Positions 38,271 through 47,883 of a stretch of 64,000 nucleotides of DNA are shown here, one piece after another. Position numbers and translations under genes: made by a program. The stretch comes from Myxococcales bacterium (GTDB lineage: Bacteria > Myxococcota_A > UBA9042), in contig CANLIC010000004.1 in NCBI GenBank assembly GCA_947491025.1, positions 64,199 to 128,198 on the forward strand. The letters are read 5' to 3'. The notes under the pieces were generated by a model. The model had not been told where the DNA came from, ran no database searches, and saw nothing but the letters and a program-made list of their open reading frames with translations. Numbering within the stretch: the stretch's first letter is position 1; every line of letters begins with the position of its first letter.

Positions 38271-40009
38271 GGTTCAGGCGCCTGGTGTGTCGGCGCTGCC
38301 GCCCGCAACGGTCCGAAAGGCCCCCGCGGCGACGCCGCAGCACCACCCGCCCCGCCGGGCATCACACGCGGCGGCGCGGTCCGTGCCCAGCCTGGGGCCT
38401 GCTGCGGCTCACGGTTGAGGCGGACGTTCTTGAAGCGCGCCGAGGCGTGGTACAGGTAGAGGCCAAACAGCGAATAGCTATCGCGATCGCTCTGGCAGCT
38501 CAGCACTTCGCGGCCGTTGACCAGCACAGAGAGCTGGCGGTCGAGGACCACCACCTCGAGGTGCACCCACTCGCCGTGAGCGATCTCGGCGAAGGCCTGC
38601 TTGACCGGCTCGATGCGGGTCGCCGTGTACGAGCGGCGCACCATCACCGCGTCGCGGGCGATGTCGATGAGGTAATAGTACGGGTACTCGCCGTGATAAT
38701 TGTTGCCGAGGATCAGGCCGGCGGTGCCTCGCTCGATGCGCATGTCGAGCTCGAAGCGGAAGCTCCGGAGCGGGACTTCGCCCTTGATCAGGTAGTTGTA
38801 GTTGCGATCGCCGCTGCCGACGATCTCGCCTTTCTGCGCCAACCACTGGCCACCCTCGTGAATCGTCCAGTCGTCGATGCTCATGCCGTTGAAGAGCCAG
38901 ACGCCGCGGGCCGGCGGCTCGACGGCCCGGCGGATGTGGTCGCGCCACGCCTTCTCGAAGTCGGCGATGTCGTCGCCAAAGCTGGACGTGAACGCCGCCA
39001 AGCCGTCGTCGTTGTTCCGGATGCGGCGAAAGAAGAGCGGCAGCTGGGAATTGTAGATCGGGTGCCGCGCCAGGTAGTCGATGAGACCCCAAGACTCGGC
39101 GTAGTAGATGTTCATGCTGGCGCCGGAGTAGGCCGACGCCGGTGCACGCAGCAACACCTCCAGCGGAACAAAGGAGCGGTGCGCCATCGCATTGGCGAGG
39201 TAGGCCAGCTTGCCGCGGTTGGGCGCCGGGATGCGGATGCCGCTGCCGTCCACTGCGTACGAGCCGAGGTACTCGCTCATGCCCTCGTCGAACCAGATCG
39301 GCCAGTTCTTGCGGGTGTAGCGCGAGAAATGGTGGTCCTCGAAGTGCTCGGCCATCAGCGCGTGCACGACCTCGTGAAAGTAGAGCTGCATCGAGTTGTT
39401 GTAGCGATAGGTCACGACCGTGCGCGTGCTGCCGTCGTAGTAGCCGCCGTTGTTGACGAGACCGGGCGCGTTCCGGCGGGCGTGCCGCTGGTAGCGGTCT
39501 TGGGTCTCAAAGACGACCACCGTCGGGTTCACTGGCTTGCTGCTGACATCGAGCAGGCGCGTCAACTCAGCGTTGGCCTGGGCGACGAAGCTGTCGAGCT
39601 TCACCAGCAGGCTCCGCGCATAAGCGTCGGAGGTGTCGGTGCGCAGCGTCACGGAGGTGCCCACGTAGGCGCGCAGCGGCTCGCCGGAGAAGCCAGCCTC
39701 ACCCGGCCGCGGTTCGTCGGTGGCGCGCCCAGCCGGGTCGGTCGCCGCCGTCGGCTCCTGGGCCGGTGCAGCGCCTGCGCCAGGCGCCGCGGCAAGGACC
39801 CGCTGGGCGCCCAGGCGGTGCCCTGCCCAGGGCGCAACTGCGTCGTCGGCAACGATCTGCGTCGCCTGAGCGGAGCGCTCGACGCCGCTTGCGTGGTCTG
39901 GCTGCCACGGCTCAAGGCCCGCGATCGCGAAGATGGCCCCGACCAGCGCAACCGCAGGCACCGCACACCAGGCGAAAATCCGCAGCCAACGCGTGCAGAT
40001 GGCTGGCAT
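38267..40009 (-). CDS. membrane-anchored MA-clan metallopeptidase-like domain (HExxH, DUF1570-like) fused to a DUF1080/LamG-like domain
   Basis: ORF 38267..40087, with the start moved to ATG 40009 (MPAICTRWL.., with a TM helix). FHEVVHAL plus a downstream WFDEGMSEY (gluzincin-like third ligand). The C-terminal 190 aa (WLFNG..DDWTIHEGGQW.., FRFELDMRIERGTAGLILG, GEWVHLEVVV..LSVLVNG) fits the DUF1080 pattern. Confidence 0.7.
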   Translation of the reverse strand: MPAICTRWLRIFAWCAVPAVALVGAIFAIAGLEPWQPDHASGVERSAQATQIVADDAVAPWAGHRLGAQRVLAAAPGAGAAPAQEPTAATDPAGRATDEPRPGEAGFSGEPLRAYVGTSVTLRTDTSDAYARSLLVKLDSFVAQANAELTRLLDVSSKPVNPTVVVFETQDRYQRHARRNAPGLVNNGGYYDGSTRTVVTYRYNNSMQLYFHEVVHALMAEHFEDHHFSRYTRKNWPIWFDEGMSEYLGSYAVDGSGIRIPAPNRGKLAYLANAMAHRSFVPLEVLLRAPASAYSGASMNIYYAESWGLIDYLARHPIYNSQLPLFFRRIRNNDDGLAAFTSSFGDDIADFEKAWRDHIRRAVEPPARGVWLFNGMSIDDWTIHEGGQWLAQKGEIVGSGDRNYNYLIKGEVPLRSFRFELDMRIERGTAGLILGNNYHGEYPYYYLIDIARDAVMVRRSYTATRIEPVKQAFAEIAHGEWVHLEVVVLDRQLSVLVNGREVLSCQSDRDSYSLFGLYLYHASARFKNVRLNREPQQAPGWARTAPPRVMPGGAGGAAASPRGPFGPLRAAAPTHQAPEP

Positions 40010-40330
40010 TTCGGTGGGCCCCTCCCGGTGCGCCGCCCGCGTAAAGGGGCGACAGCGCAGCATACGGTTGGGGGGGCGGGTGGTCAAACCAGTCGATCAC
40101 AGAGGGCCGTTCGATGCGCGAGACGCCCTGCGCTGCGACCCCAGCGCTTCGACGCCTCCCAGCCCGCCCTTGCGCTTCGATGACCCGGCACCGATCAGGC
40201 GCGATCCCAATACCAAGTCGAATTGGACCCCGACCCATCGCTGGGTGGTTGCCCGCGGGAACGGGGCTCCGGTGGCTGCTTTGGGGCGCGGCGTGCTGCC
40301 CGCCGTCCGCGCCAGGTCGGCGATCGCGGC

Positions 40331-41386
40331 CTACCCCTCGAGGCGCCGCTTCACTTCGCGCAGATCGGCCTGGGCCTCGCGCCGCCGCGAGCTGTCGTTG
40401 TGCAGCAGCGAAGGCGGCCAGCTGACGATCGCGGGCCTGCCCTTGAGCTCATACACCCGCTCACGAAGGCGCTCCACGCCGCCATCGGGGGCGACCGCAT
40501 CCCGCGTCACGGCCGCCAGCAAAGCGCCAGGCGTGTGGGTCATGAGCAAGAGCATGCGCGGCCGGACCAGATCGATCTCCTTGCCCAGGATGGCGCGGCA
40601 CGCGCCCAAGGCATCCGCGTCCGCCACCACGCGGGCCTCCGGGTCCATCCCTTGCGGGCCGCAGCGCACGAGCGGCGCGACATAGACCTGCGCTGCCGTC
40701 AGCCCGATCGACGCCATCATCCGCTGCAACAAGGCCCGGTCGGCACCCGCGATCGCTTGGCCGGCGGCCAGCTCCTCGCCACGTGGCGGATCGACGATGA
40801 CCATCAGCGGCGCCTCGGCCTCGCCTTCGCCATGACAGACCCGCGTGCGGCCGCGGTGCAGCGCGCAACGATCGCAGCCGTCGACGGCCTTGCGAAAGGC
40901 ATGCAGGCGGTCCGGGCCGGTCGCCACGATCGCCGACCCAGTCACCGCCGCTCCGGCCGACCTCGCGGCGACGGTGACCGGCGTCGACGGACGGGTTGGG
41001 CCTGGGCCAGCGTCGCTCGACGAGGTCCCTGGCAAGGGTAGCCGCGATCGCAGCCGCATCCCGCCGACCTGGCTCGCGGCGGGGGCTTCGGCCGTCGGCC
41101 GCGGCGACTTCATGTCCGAGGATGGTAGATGTTCTCTTGTCGATGCGAGGCCTTGGCTTTGCGGCTCGAGCTCCCGGCGCAGCGACTGCGGTCCTGCGGC
41201 GGGGCCGAGGCCGCCCGACCAGTCGTGGTCACCGAGCTCCGCGATCGTCCGCCCGACCGCCTGGCGGTCGAGGGCCTCTGCACCACTGAACGCCGCCCAG
41301 CGCAGCGCCGTGGCGACCGCATCGAGCAGCGCGAGCGCCTCCGCTGCCGGGTCGGGCTCTGGAAGATTTGTGAAGGTCGTGCTCAT
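40331..41386 (-). CDS. family-4 uracil-DNA glycosylase with long N-terminal extension
   Basis: The C-terminal 190 aa carry the Fe-S Cys pair CDRCALH and a GEGxxxAxxM(V/F)(I/V) block (GEGEAEAPLMVIVDPP). A later HP..LL-type motif is represented by WPPSLL. The start within the 351-aa ORF is uncertain. Confidence 0.75.
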   Translation of the reverse strand: MSTTFTNLPEPDPAAEALALLDAVATALRWAAFSGAEALDRQAVGRTIAELGDHDWSGGLGPAAGPQSLRRELEPQSQGLASTREHLPSSDMKSPRPTAEAPAASQVGGMRLRSRLPLPGTSSSDAGPGPTRPSTPVTVAARSAGAAVTGSAIVATGPDRLHAFRKAVDGCDRCALHRGRTRVCHGEGEAEAPLMVIVDPPRGEELAAGQAIAGADRALLQRMMASIGLTAAQVYVAPLVRCGPQGMDPEARVVADADALGACRAILGKEIDLVRPRMLLLMTHTPGALLAAVTRDAVAPDGGVERLRERVYELKGRPAIVSWPPSLLHNDSSRRREAQADLREVKRRLEG

Positions 41387-41666
41387 GGCCCTGCGAAGAC
41401 AAGGCCCTGGCGCAGGCCCGGCAGACGCCCTGGCGACCGCAGGCTCAGGCTACCGCGACGACCCCGTGGCGTCGAGCGCGGCCTGACCGCGGGCGCTTGG
41501 CCTCGCCACGGAAGTCGCGACGACAGGGCGCCCAGAAATGTCTTGTAACCCCTTCGGAAGACTCGCCCCGGCCCTCGACCGACGTCGTGCACGGCTCGCC
41601 GGCATCCGCGCCTGCGCCCCACGTGCCTCGACACCCCAGCCCGATGGCCGTCCGTCCCAAAAGCCT

Positions 41667-41694
41667 TTGCCAATTTCCCTGGCTCTGCTATCTT
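41667..41694 (+). promoter_or_regulatory. candidate sigma70-like promoter for the 41764 gene
   Basis: TTGCCA (41667-41672), a 16-nt spacer, then TATCTT (41689-41694), about 70 nt upstream of ATG 41764. Based on sequence resemblance only. Confidence 0.3.
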
Positions 41695-41763
41695 CTCCGC
41701 AGGCGGATCGCGTGCTGGCCATCGCTGCTGCCGCGAGCTCCGCCGGGTGATTCGGAGGGCTTT

Positions 41764-44130
41764 ATGAAAACTCGCGTGACTTCCACAGCGAAGGACTTCA
41801 TGTCGGATCCCAGTTGGATCCGTGGCCGCCCGCTCTTGGCGCTTGCGATGCTGACCGCTGCTGCGGCATGCAGCGGCGAGCAGCCCCCTGCCGCGGCCCC
41901 GATCTCCTTCGGCGGAGTGGGGGGCGGCGGCGGCGGCTTGCCGATCACCGACACCGGCGGTGGCGGTGGCGGCGGCGCGGACGCGGTCGGCCAGAACGAC
42001 GCCACTGGCGGCGCGGACATCGGCGTTGATCCCGACACCGCGGCGACACCGGACACGAACAATCCAGGTACCGACGCTGACGTTGTCGCTGGCGAAGACA
42101 CCGCGGCAGGCGAGGACACCGGCGCGGCGCAAGACGCGGGCGGCGGCGGCGAAGACGCGGCGGCTGGCGAAGACACCGCGGCAGGCGAGGACACCGCGGC
42201 TGGCGAGGACACCGCAGCCGACCAGGACACCGGAGCCGGCGAGGACACCGCATCCCAAGACACGGGCGGCGGCAAGGACAGCGGCGGCGGAGGCAACCCG
42301 GGCTGCGTGGACGTCGACAAGGACGGCTTCGGTCAGGGCTGCGGCCCGGGCGCCGACTGCGACGACAACAACCCGAACTTCCAGCTGGTTTGCCCAGATT
42401 GCACCAAGGCCAACCACGCTGGTTGCCCCTGCAAAATCCCGGTCGTCAACTGCTACTCAGGTGACCCGCAATGGATCGGCAAGGGCATCTGCATCGTCGG
42501 CATCCAGCAGTGCAAGGCCGGCTTTTGGGGCAGCTGCGACGGCGAGAAGCTGCCGGAGCCCGAGGCTTGCAACGGCAAGGACGACAACTGCAACGGCCTG
42601 GTCGACGAGGGCGTGCTGTCGACCTGCGGCACCTGCGACATGAGCTGCACCAAGCAGGAGATCGGCCCGGACTTCGGCAACCCCTTCGATCCCGGTAAGG
42701 ACTCGAGCAACGGCGTCGGCGTCGACAAGAACGGCTATATCGTCCTCGACTCGACCAAAGCTGCCTTCGATCTCAACCACATCTGGATCGCCAACTCCGG
42801 CGAGCAGACGATCAGCAAGCTCGACACGAAGACAGGCTGGGAGGTTGGCCGCTACAAGGCTTGCAGCAGCCCGTCGCGTACGTCGGTGGACTTGCTCGGC
42901 GACGTGTGGGTCGGCTGCCGCTCCGGTGGCGGCGTGATGAAGATCGCGGTCAAGAAGACGAGCTGCGTGGACAAGAACGGCAACGGCCAGATCGACACCA
43001 GCACCGACCTCAACGGCGACCACATCATCCAGCCCAACGAGCAGTTCCCGCTCGGCCAAGACGAGTGCGTCATCATCAACACCGTACCGGTGCCGGGCGA
43101 GGGCTGCATGCGCGCCGCCGGCGTCGACAAGGACAACCACGTCTGGATGGGCGGCTGGAATAGCTCCAAGCTCTACCGCTTGGAGCCGATCAACGGCAAC
43201 AAAGTCGATGAAGTGGCGATTGGCTGCAACCCCTACGGCCTGACGATCGACCAGAAGGGCGTCGTCTGGGCGCAGTGCCCGAGCGGCGGTCTGGTGCGCA
43301 TGGACCCAGCGGTCGTGCCCCACACCTTCCAGAAGTTCCCCTACCCAGCCGGCGCCTACGGCATCAACGTCGACGCGCTCGGCAACATCTGGGTTGCCAG
43401 CGGCGGCAACACGTCCAACTTCAACGTCCAGGCGCAGAAGTGGACCGTCATCAACCTCGGCGGCAGCGGCGGCCGTGGCGTCGCGACCTCTGCCGACGGC
43501 TTCGCCTACATCGCGCTGGATAGCGCGAGCCAGGTCGCCAAGCTCAACATCGTCACACTGACCAAGGAGGCGAACATCACGCTCGGTGGCGGCAAGTCTC
43601 CCGTCGGTATCGCAGTGGACTTCGACGGTTTCGTGTGGGCGGTGAATCAGGGCACCAGTTCGGCCAGCAAGGTCGATCCGAAGGCCTTGCAGGTCGTTGG
43701 CGAGTACAAGGTGGGTTCCGGTCCGTACACCTACTCCGACATGACCGGCTACACCCTGCACAACTACACCGCGCCCAAGGGCCACTACACCCACGTCTTC
43801 GGCTTCACCAGCTACAGCGGCACGGTCGCCGAGGCCGGCAGCAAGACGGTGTGGGAGACCATTTCGGCGGATGTGATCATGCCGCCCAAGGGCTTCGTCA
43901 AGGTGCGTTGGCGCGTCGGCAACACGCTCAAGGAGCTCGACACGCAGCCCTGGTCGGCAGACTACGGCCCGTTCCCGCCGGCGACGTTCCCCATCGACCT
44001 GACCAAGGAGCCTCAGCCCGTCGAGGGCAAGTTCCTGCAGGTTGAGGTCTTCATGCAGGCCGGCCAGGACAAGATCTCGCCGATCCTGAAGTCCTTGCAG
44101 GGCAAGGGCAAGCAGATCCCGATCCTCTAG
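41764..44130 (+). CDS. lipoprotein with AGEDTA tandem repeats, Cys-rich metal-binding-like module and beta-propeller domain
   Basis: This is the 3' part of ORF 41497..44130, starting at ATG 41764. Lipobox TAAAAC. CVDVDKDGFGQGCGPGADCDDNNP (MopE-type putative metal-binding motif), then EACNGKDDNCNGLVDEG. Repeated ..G.VW(V/A).. blades follow (GDVWVGC, NHVWMGG, GVVWAQC, GNIWVAS, GFVWAVN). Confidence 0.8.
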   Translation: MKTRVTSTAKDFMSDPSWIRGRPLLALAMLTAAAACSGEQPPAAAPISFGGVGGGGGGLPITDTGGGGGGGADAVGQNDATGGADIGVDPDTAATPDTNNPGTDADVVAGEDTAAGEDTGAAQDAGGGGEDAAAGEDTAAGEDTAAGEDTAADQDTGAGEDTASQDTGGGKDSGGGGNPGCVDVDKDGFGQGCGPGADCDDNNPNFQLVCPDCTKANHAGCPCKIPVVNCYSGDPQWIGKGICIVGIQQCKAGFWGSCDGEKLPEPEACNGKDDNCNGLVDEGVLSTCGTCDMSCTKQEIGPDFGNPFDPGKDSSNGVGVDKNGYIVLDSTKAAFDLNHIWIANSGEQTISKLDTKTGWEVGRYKACSSPSRTSVDLLGDVWVGCRSGGGVMKIAVKKTSCVDKNGNGQIDTSTDLNGDHIIQPNEQFPLGQDECVIINTVPVPGEGCMRAAGVDKDNHVWMGGWNSSKLYRLEPINGNKVDEVAIGCNPYGLTIDQKGVVWAQCPSGGLVRMDPAVVPHTFQKFPYPAGAYGINVDALGNIWVASGGNTSNFNVQAQKWTVINLGGSGGRGVATSADGFAYIALDSASQVAKLNIVTLTKEANITLGGGKSPVGIAVDFDGFVWAVNQGTSSASKVDPKALQVVGEYKVGSGPYTYSDMTGYTLHNYTAPKGHYTHVFGFTSYSGTVAEAGSKTVWETISADVIMPPKGFVKVRWRVGNTLKELDTQPWSADYGPFPPATFPIDLTKEPQPVEGKFLQVEVFMQAGQDKISPILKSLQGKGKQIPIL
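42088..42267 (+). repeat. imperfect 18-bp (6-codon) tandem repeat encoding (A/G)GEDTA units
   Basis: gct ggc gaa gac acc gcg / gca ggc gag gac acc ggc / .. repeated about 10 times, in frame within the lipoprotein gene. Confidence 0.8.
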
Positions 44131-44200
44131 ACCCCGCTCGCGAACGCCATCCTTTCCCCTCCACCGTGGACTGCGCTGCCCGCAAGAGGCTCCCCAGCCC

Positions 44201-44209
44201 GGGGGGGGG
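44201..44209 (+). repeat. G9 homopolymer in the nqrA upstream intergenic region
   Basis: The sequence reads ccc ggggggggg c. Nine consecutive G, counted directly. Confidence 0.9.
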
Positions 44210-44451
44210 CGTGTTCGCCTGCGCATCTGCCATCCTCCACCCGCCCACACTTGCCGCCCAACGAGGCCAATCCGGGTCCGCACCGGCCTCGTCTCTTGCG
44301 AACGGCATTGAATGGGCGTAAGGGGGGCAACGCACGCGGTGAACCGGGATCGGGACGCCGCAAGGAGTGCGAAAAGCAGGCTGCCGTCACTGACCGATCG
44401 TCACCGCAAGAGGGCAGCAGGGCTGCCTCGACGGACGAACCGGAGCACAGC

Positions 44452-45822
44452 ATGGGTGTCCACACCATTCGGAAGGGGCTAGACCTCCCAATCACCGGCG
44501 TCCCCGCCGCGCAGATCGACGACGGTGCGCCGATCAAGCGCGTCGCGGTCATCGGCCCCGACTTCGTTGGCATGAAACCCCGCATGATCGTCAGCGAGGG
44601 CGAGCGCGTCCTGCGTGGTCAGCCGCTCTTCGAGGACCGAAAGGCGCCTGGCACCTTGCACACCGCGCCGGGCACCGGGACGGTTCGCGCCATCCACCGC
44701 GGGGCCAAGCGCGCGTTCATGTCGCTGGTGATCGACCTCGACGAGGGCGCAGCAGAGGCAGAGCAGGTCAATTTTGCCGCCTACACCGGCAGCCCGGCCG
44801 CCGAGTACACGAGCGAGGCCGTCGAGGCGCTGCTCCTGGAGTCGGGCCTGTGGGCCGCGCTGGTGCAGCGCCCCTTCGGCAGGACGCCGGTGCCAGGCAC
44901 GCGGCCGGAGGGGCTCTTCATCACCGCGCTCGACACCCGGCCGCTGGCGCCTGACGTCGCAGCCATCGTCAAGGCGCGGCGGGACGACTTCGCGGCCGGC
45001 CTTACCGCCTTGCGCGCACTCGTCTCCGGCAACGTCTATCTCTGCGTCGGCGTGGGTGCAGGGGTCGACGCCTGCGGCGTCAGCGGCATCCACGTCGAGG
45101 GATTCGCTGGCAAGCACCCAGCAGGACTCGTCGGCACGCACATGCACCTCTTGCAGCCGGCCAGCGTGGGCCATGCGCAGTGGTCGATCGGCGCGCAGGA
45201 GGTCCTCGCCGTCGGCGCATTGTTCCGCACCGGCCGCCTCGACGTCGAGCGCATCATCACCATCGCTGGGCCGGCGGCGCAGCGACCGCGGCACCTCCGC
45301 ACGCGCCTCGGCGCCGACGTCCAGGCGCTGACCGACGGCGAGTGCGCCCAGGTCGCTGGCGACGTTCGCGTCGTGTCAGGCTCGGTGCTCGATGGCCGCG
45401 AGGCCGGCGGCGAGGTTCTCGGCTTCTTGGGGCGCCACCACCAGCAAGTCTCGATCCTCGGCGAGGGACGACAGCGCGAGCTGCTTGGGTGGCTCACGCC
45501 AGGCCTCAACGCCTTCTCGACCGCGCGCATCTACCTATCGAGCTTGATGGGCGGAAAGCGCTTCGCCATGGACACCAACATCCGCGGCAGCCATCGCGCC
45601 ATGGTGCCGATCGGGATGTACGAGCGCGTCATGCCGCTCGACATCTTGCCGACCTTCCTGCTGCGCGCGCTGCTGGTCGGAGACATCGAGCAGGCTGGGA
45701 AGCTGGGCGCGCTCGAGCTCTGCGAAGACGACCTCGCATTGTGCACCTTCGTCTGCCCCGGCAAGAATGACTACGGAGAGCTGCTGCGCAATTGCCTCAC
45801 TGAGATCGAGAAGGAGGGCTAA
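44452..45822 (+). CDS. nqrA: Na+-translocating NADH:quinone oxidoreductase subunit A
   Basis: This is the 3' part of ORF 44251..45822, starting at ATG 44452 after GGAG. The N-terminus MGVHTIRKGLDLPITG matches the conserved NqrA start. Operon context supports the call. Confidence 0.9.
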   Translation: MGVHTIRKGLDLPITGVPAAQIDDGAPIKRVAVIGPDFVGMKPRMIVSEGERVLRGQPLFEDRKAPGTLHTAPGTGTVRAIHRGAKRAFMSLVIDLDEGAAEAEQVNFAAYTGSPAAEYTSEAVEALLLESGLWAALVQRPFGRTPVPGTRPEGLFITALDTRPLAPDVAAIVKARRDDFAAGLTALRALVSGNVYLCVGVGAGVDACGVSGIHVEGFAGKHPAGLVGTHMHLLQPASVGHAQWSIGAQEVLAVGALFRTGRLDVERIITIAGPAAQRPRHLRTRLGADVQALTDGECAQVAGDVRVVSGSVLDGREAGGEVLGFLGRHHQQVSILGEGRQRELLGWLTPGLNAFSTARIYLSSLMGGKRFAMDTNIRGSHRAMVPIGMYERVMPLDILPTFLLRALLVGDIEQAGKLGALELCEDDLALCTFVCPGKNDYGELLRNCLTEIEKEG

Positions 45823-45824
45823 CC

Positions 45825-47054
45825 ATGCAGGCTTTGCGCCGCAAGCTCGACGAGCTCGAGCACAAGCTTTTCGCCAAGGGCAAGCCCTTGGAGAAGCTGT
45901 ATCCGGTCTTCGAGATGCACGACACGATCCTGTTCACGCCAGGCGGCGTGACCAAGGGATCGACCCACGTGCGCGACGGCCTCGACCTCAAGCGCATGAT
46001 GATCACGGTCGTCGTCGCGATGGTCCCGAGCGTATTGGTCGCCATGGCCAACGTCGGGCTGCAGTCGCACCTCGCGATCCAAGGCGGCGCCAAGCCTCTC
46101 GATAACATGCAGGAGGCGGTCTACGCCGCGCTCGGCATGGGCTACGATCCCGCCAACTGGCTCGCCAACTTCGTCCACGGCGCGTGCTACTTCGTGCCGC
46201 TGCTGGCGGTCTGCTTCGCGGCGGGCGGCGCGGTCGAGGTCATCAACGCCATCGTCCGCAAACACGAGGTCAACGAGGGCTTCCTCGTCACCGGATTCCT
46301 GATCCCGCTGGTTGTGTCGCCGACCCTGCCGCTCTGGCAGATGGCGCTGGCGACCATTTTCGGCGTGCTCATCGGCAAAGAGATTTTCGGCGGCACGGGG
46401 TTCAACATCCTGAACCCGGCGCTTGTGGCGCGGGCGTTCCTCTTCTTCGCCTACCCGGCGGAGATCAGCGGCGACAAGCCCTGGATCGCCGCGGACTTCT
46501 CCAAGGTCGACGGCTTCAGCGGCGCGACCTGGCTGGCCCGCGCCAGCTCCGACGGCATGTCGGAGGCGGGCCTGGGCAGCCTGAACCTCATGGACGCCTT
46601 CCTCGGCTTCGAGGCCGGCTCGATGGGCGAGACGTCGGCGGCGGCGGCGCTTATCGGTGCCATCGTCCTCATCGTCACCCAGATCGGCTCGTGGCGGACC
46701 ATGCTCGGCGTCTGCCTCGGTACCATCGCCATGGCGAGCCTGCTCAACACCGTTGGCTCGACCACCAACCCCTTCTTCGCGGTGCCGTTCCACTACCACA
46801 TGCTGCTTGGCGGCTGGGCGTTCGGTACCGTCTTCATGGCGACCGAGCCGGTGACATCTCCGTTCACCGACATCGGCCGCCTGATCTACGGCTTCTTCAT
46901 CGGTGTCCTCGTCGTGCTGGTCCGCGTCATCAACCCGGCCTACCCAGAGGGCATGATGCTTGCGATCTTGTTCATGAACATGTTCGCGCCTTTCATCGAC
47001 TACTGGTTCGTGCAGGGTAACATCAAGCGGAGGCTCGCCCGCCATGCAGTTTAG
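45825..47054 (+). CDS. nqrB: Na+-NQR subunit B
   Basis: 409 aa and polytopic. GGTGFNILNPALVARAFLFF, and the FMN-attachment context DGFSGATWL. Confidence 0.9.
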   Translation: MQALRRKLDELEHKLFAKGKPLEKLYPVFEMHDTILFTPGGVTKGSTHVRDGLDLKRMMITVVVAMVPSVLVAMANVGLQSHLAIQGGAKPLDNMQEAVYAALGMGYDPANWLANFVHGACYFVPLLAVCFAAGGAVEVINAIVRKHEVNEGFLVTGFLIPLVVSPTLPLWQMALATIFGVLIGKEIFGGTGFNILNPALVARAFLFFAYPAEISGDKPWIAADFSKVDGFSGATWLARASSDGMSEAGLGSLNLMDAFLGFEAGSMGETSAAAALIGAIVLIVTQIGSWRTMLGVCLGTIAMASLLNTVGSTTNPFFAVPFHYHMLLGGWAFGTVFMATEPVTSPFTDIGRLIYGFFIGVLVVLVRVINPAYPEGMMLAILFMNMFAPFIDYWFVQGNIKRRLARHAV

Positions 47055-47823
47055 CACCGGATATACCTTCGGCTTCGCCACGGTCATCTGCGTCGTCTGC
47101 GGCATCGGTGTCGCCGGCTCGGCCGTCGCGCTCAAGGATCTGCAAGACGCCAACGCCGTCCTCGATCGCCAGACCAAGGTCTTGGCGGTGGTCGGCCTGG
47201 TCGATGAGTCCACCGCGACGCCGGAGCAGGTCAAGGACCTGTTCGCCAAGCGCATCAAGCCGCTGGTGGTCGAGCTGAAGACCGGCAAGCCGGCCGAGGG
47301 CATCGACGCGATGACGTTCGACCAGAGCGTCGAGGCCAAAGACCCGGCCATCGGCTTTGACGCACCGGCTGGCAACAAGGCGAAAGTGCTGCGGATGCCG
47401 AAGCACGGTCTGGTCTACCAGGTGGTCGGAGAGAGCGGCAAGGTCGAGCGCCTGATCATTCCGGTCGAGGGCAAGGGCCTCTGGTCGACGCTCTACGGCT
47501 ACCTCGCGATCGAGTCGGACGCCGACACCATCGCTGGCCTCACCTTCTACAAGCACGGCGAGACGCCCGGACTCGGCGGCGAGGTCGACAACCCGCGCTG
47601 GAAGGCGCTGTGGCCGGGCCGCAAGATTCGAAACGCGAAGGGCGTGCCAACGATCCAGGTCGCGAAGGGCTCGGTCGGTTCCGCCTCCGAGGCGCCCAAC
47701 AAGGTCGATGGCCTCTCGGGCGCGACGCTGACCTGCAACGGCGTGACCTATCTGCTGCAGTTCTGGGTCGGCGAACACGGTTTCGGCCCCTACCTTGAGG
47801 GCGTTCGGGCAAAAAAAGGCTAG
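47044..47823 (+). CDS. nqrC: Na+-NQR subunit C
   Basis: 259 aa with an N-terminal TM helix. ETPGLGG and the FMN-attachment site DGLSGATLTCNG. Overlaps the nqrB end by 11 nt. Confidence 0.9.
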   Translation: MQFSTGYTFGFATVICVVCGIGVAGSAVALKDLQDANAVLDRQTKVLAVVGLVDESTATPEQVKDLFAKRIKPLVVELKTGKPAEGIDAMTFDQSVEAKDPAIGFDAPAGNKAKVLRMPKHGLVYQVVGESGKVERLIIPVEGKGLWSTLYGYLAIESDADTIAGLTFYKHGETPGLGGEVDNPRWKALWPGRKIRNAKGVPTIQVAKGSVGSASEAPNKVDGLSGATLTCNGVTYLLQFWVGEHGFGPYLEGVRAKKG

Positions 47824-47883
47824 CACCGTCACAGACATCCACTGCGACGATCGGCGCGCGAAACGAGCGCACCGGAGGCTGAC

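Noticed and set aside
44137-44306. The direct 11-mers GCGAACGCCAT and GCGAACGGCAT, 158 bp apart, as the ends of another small element.
   Set aside because: A single near-match of this length is expected by chance in GC-rich DNA. There is no second copy and there are no inverted repeats.
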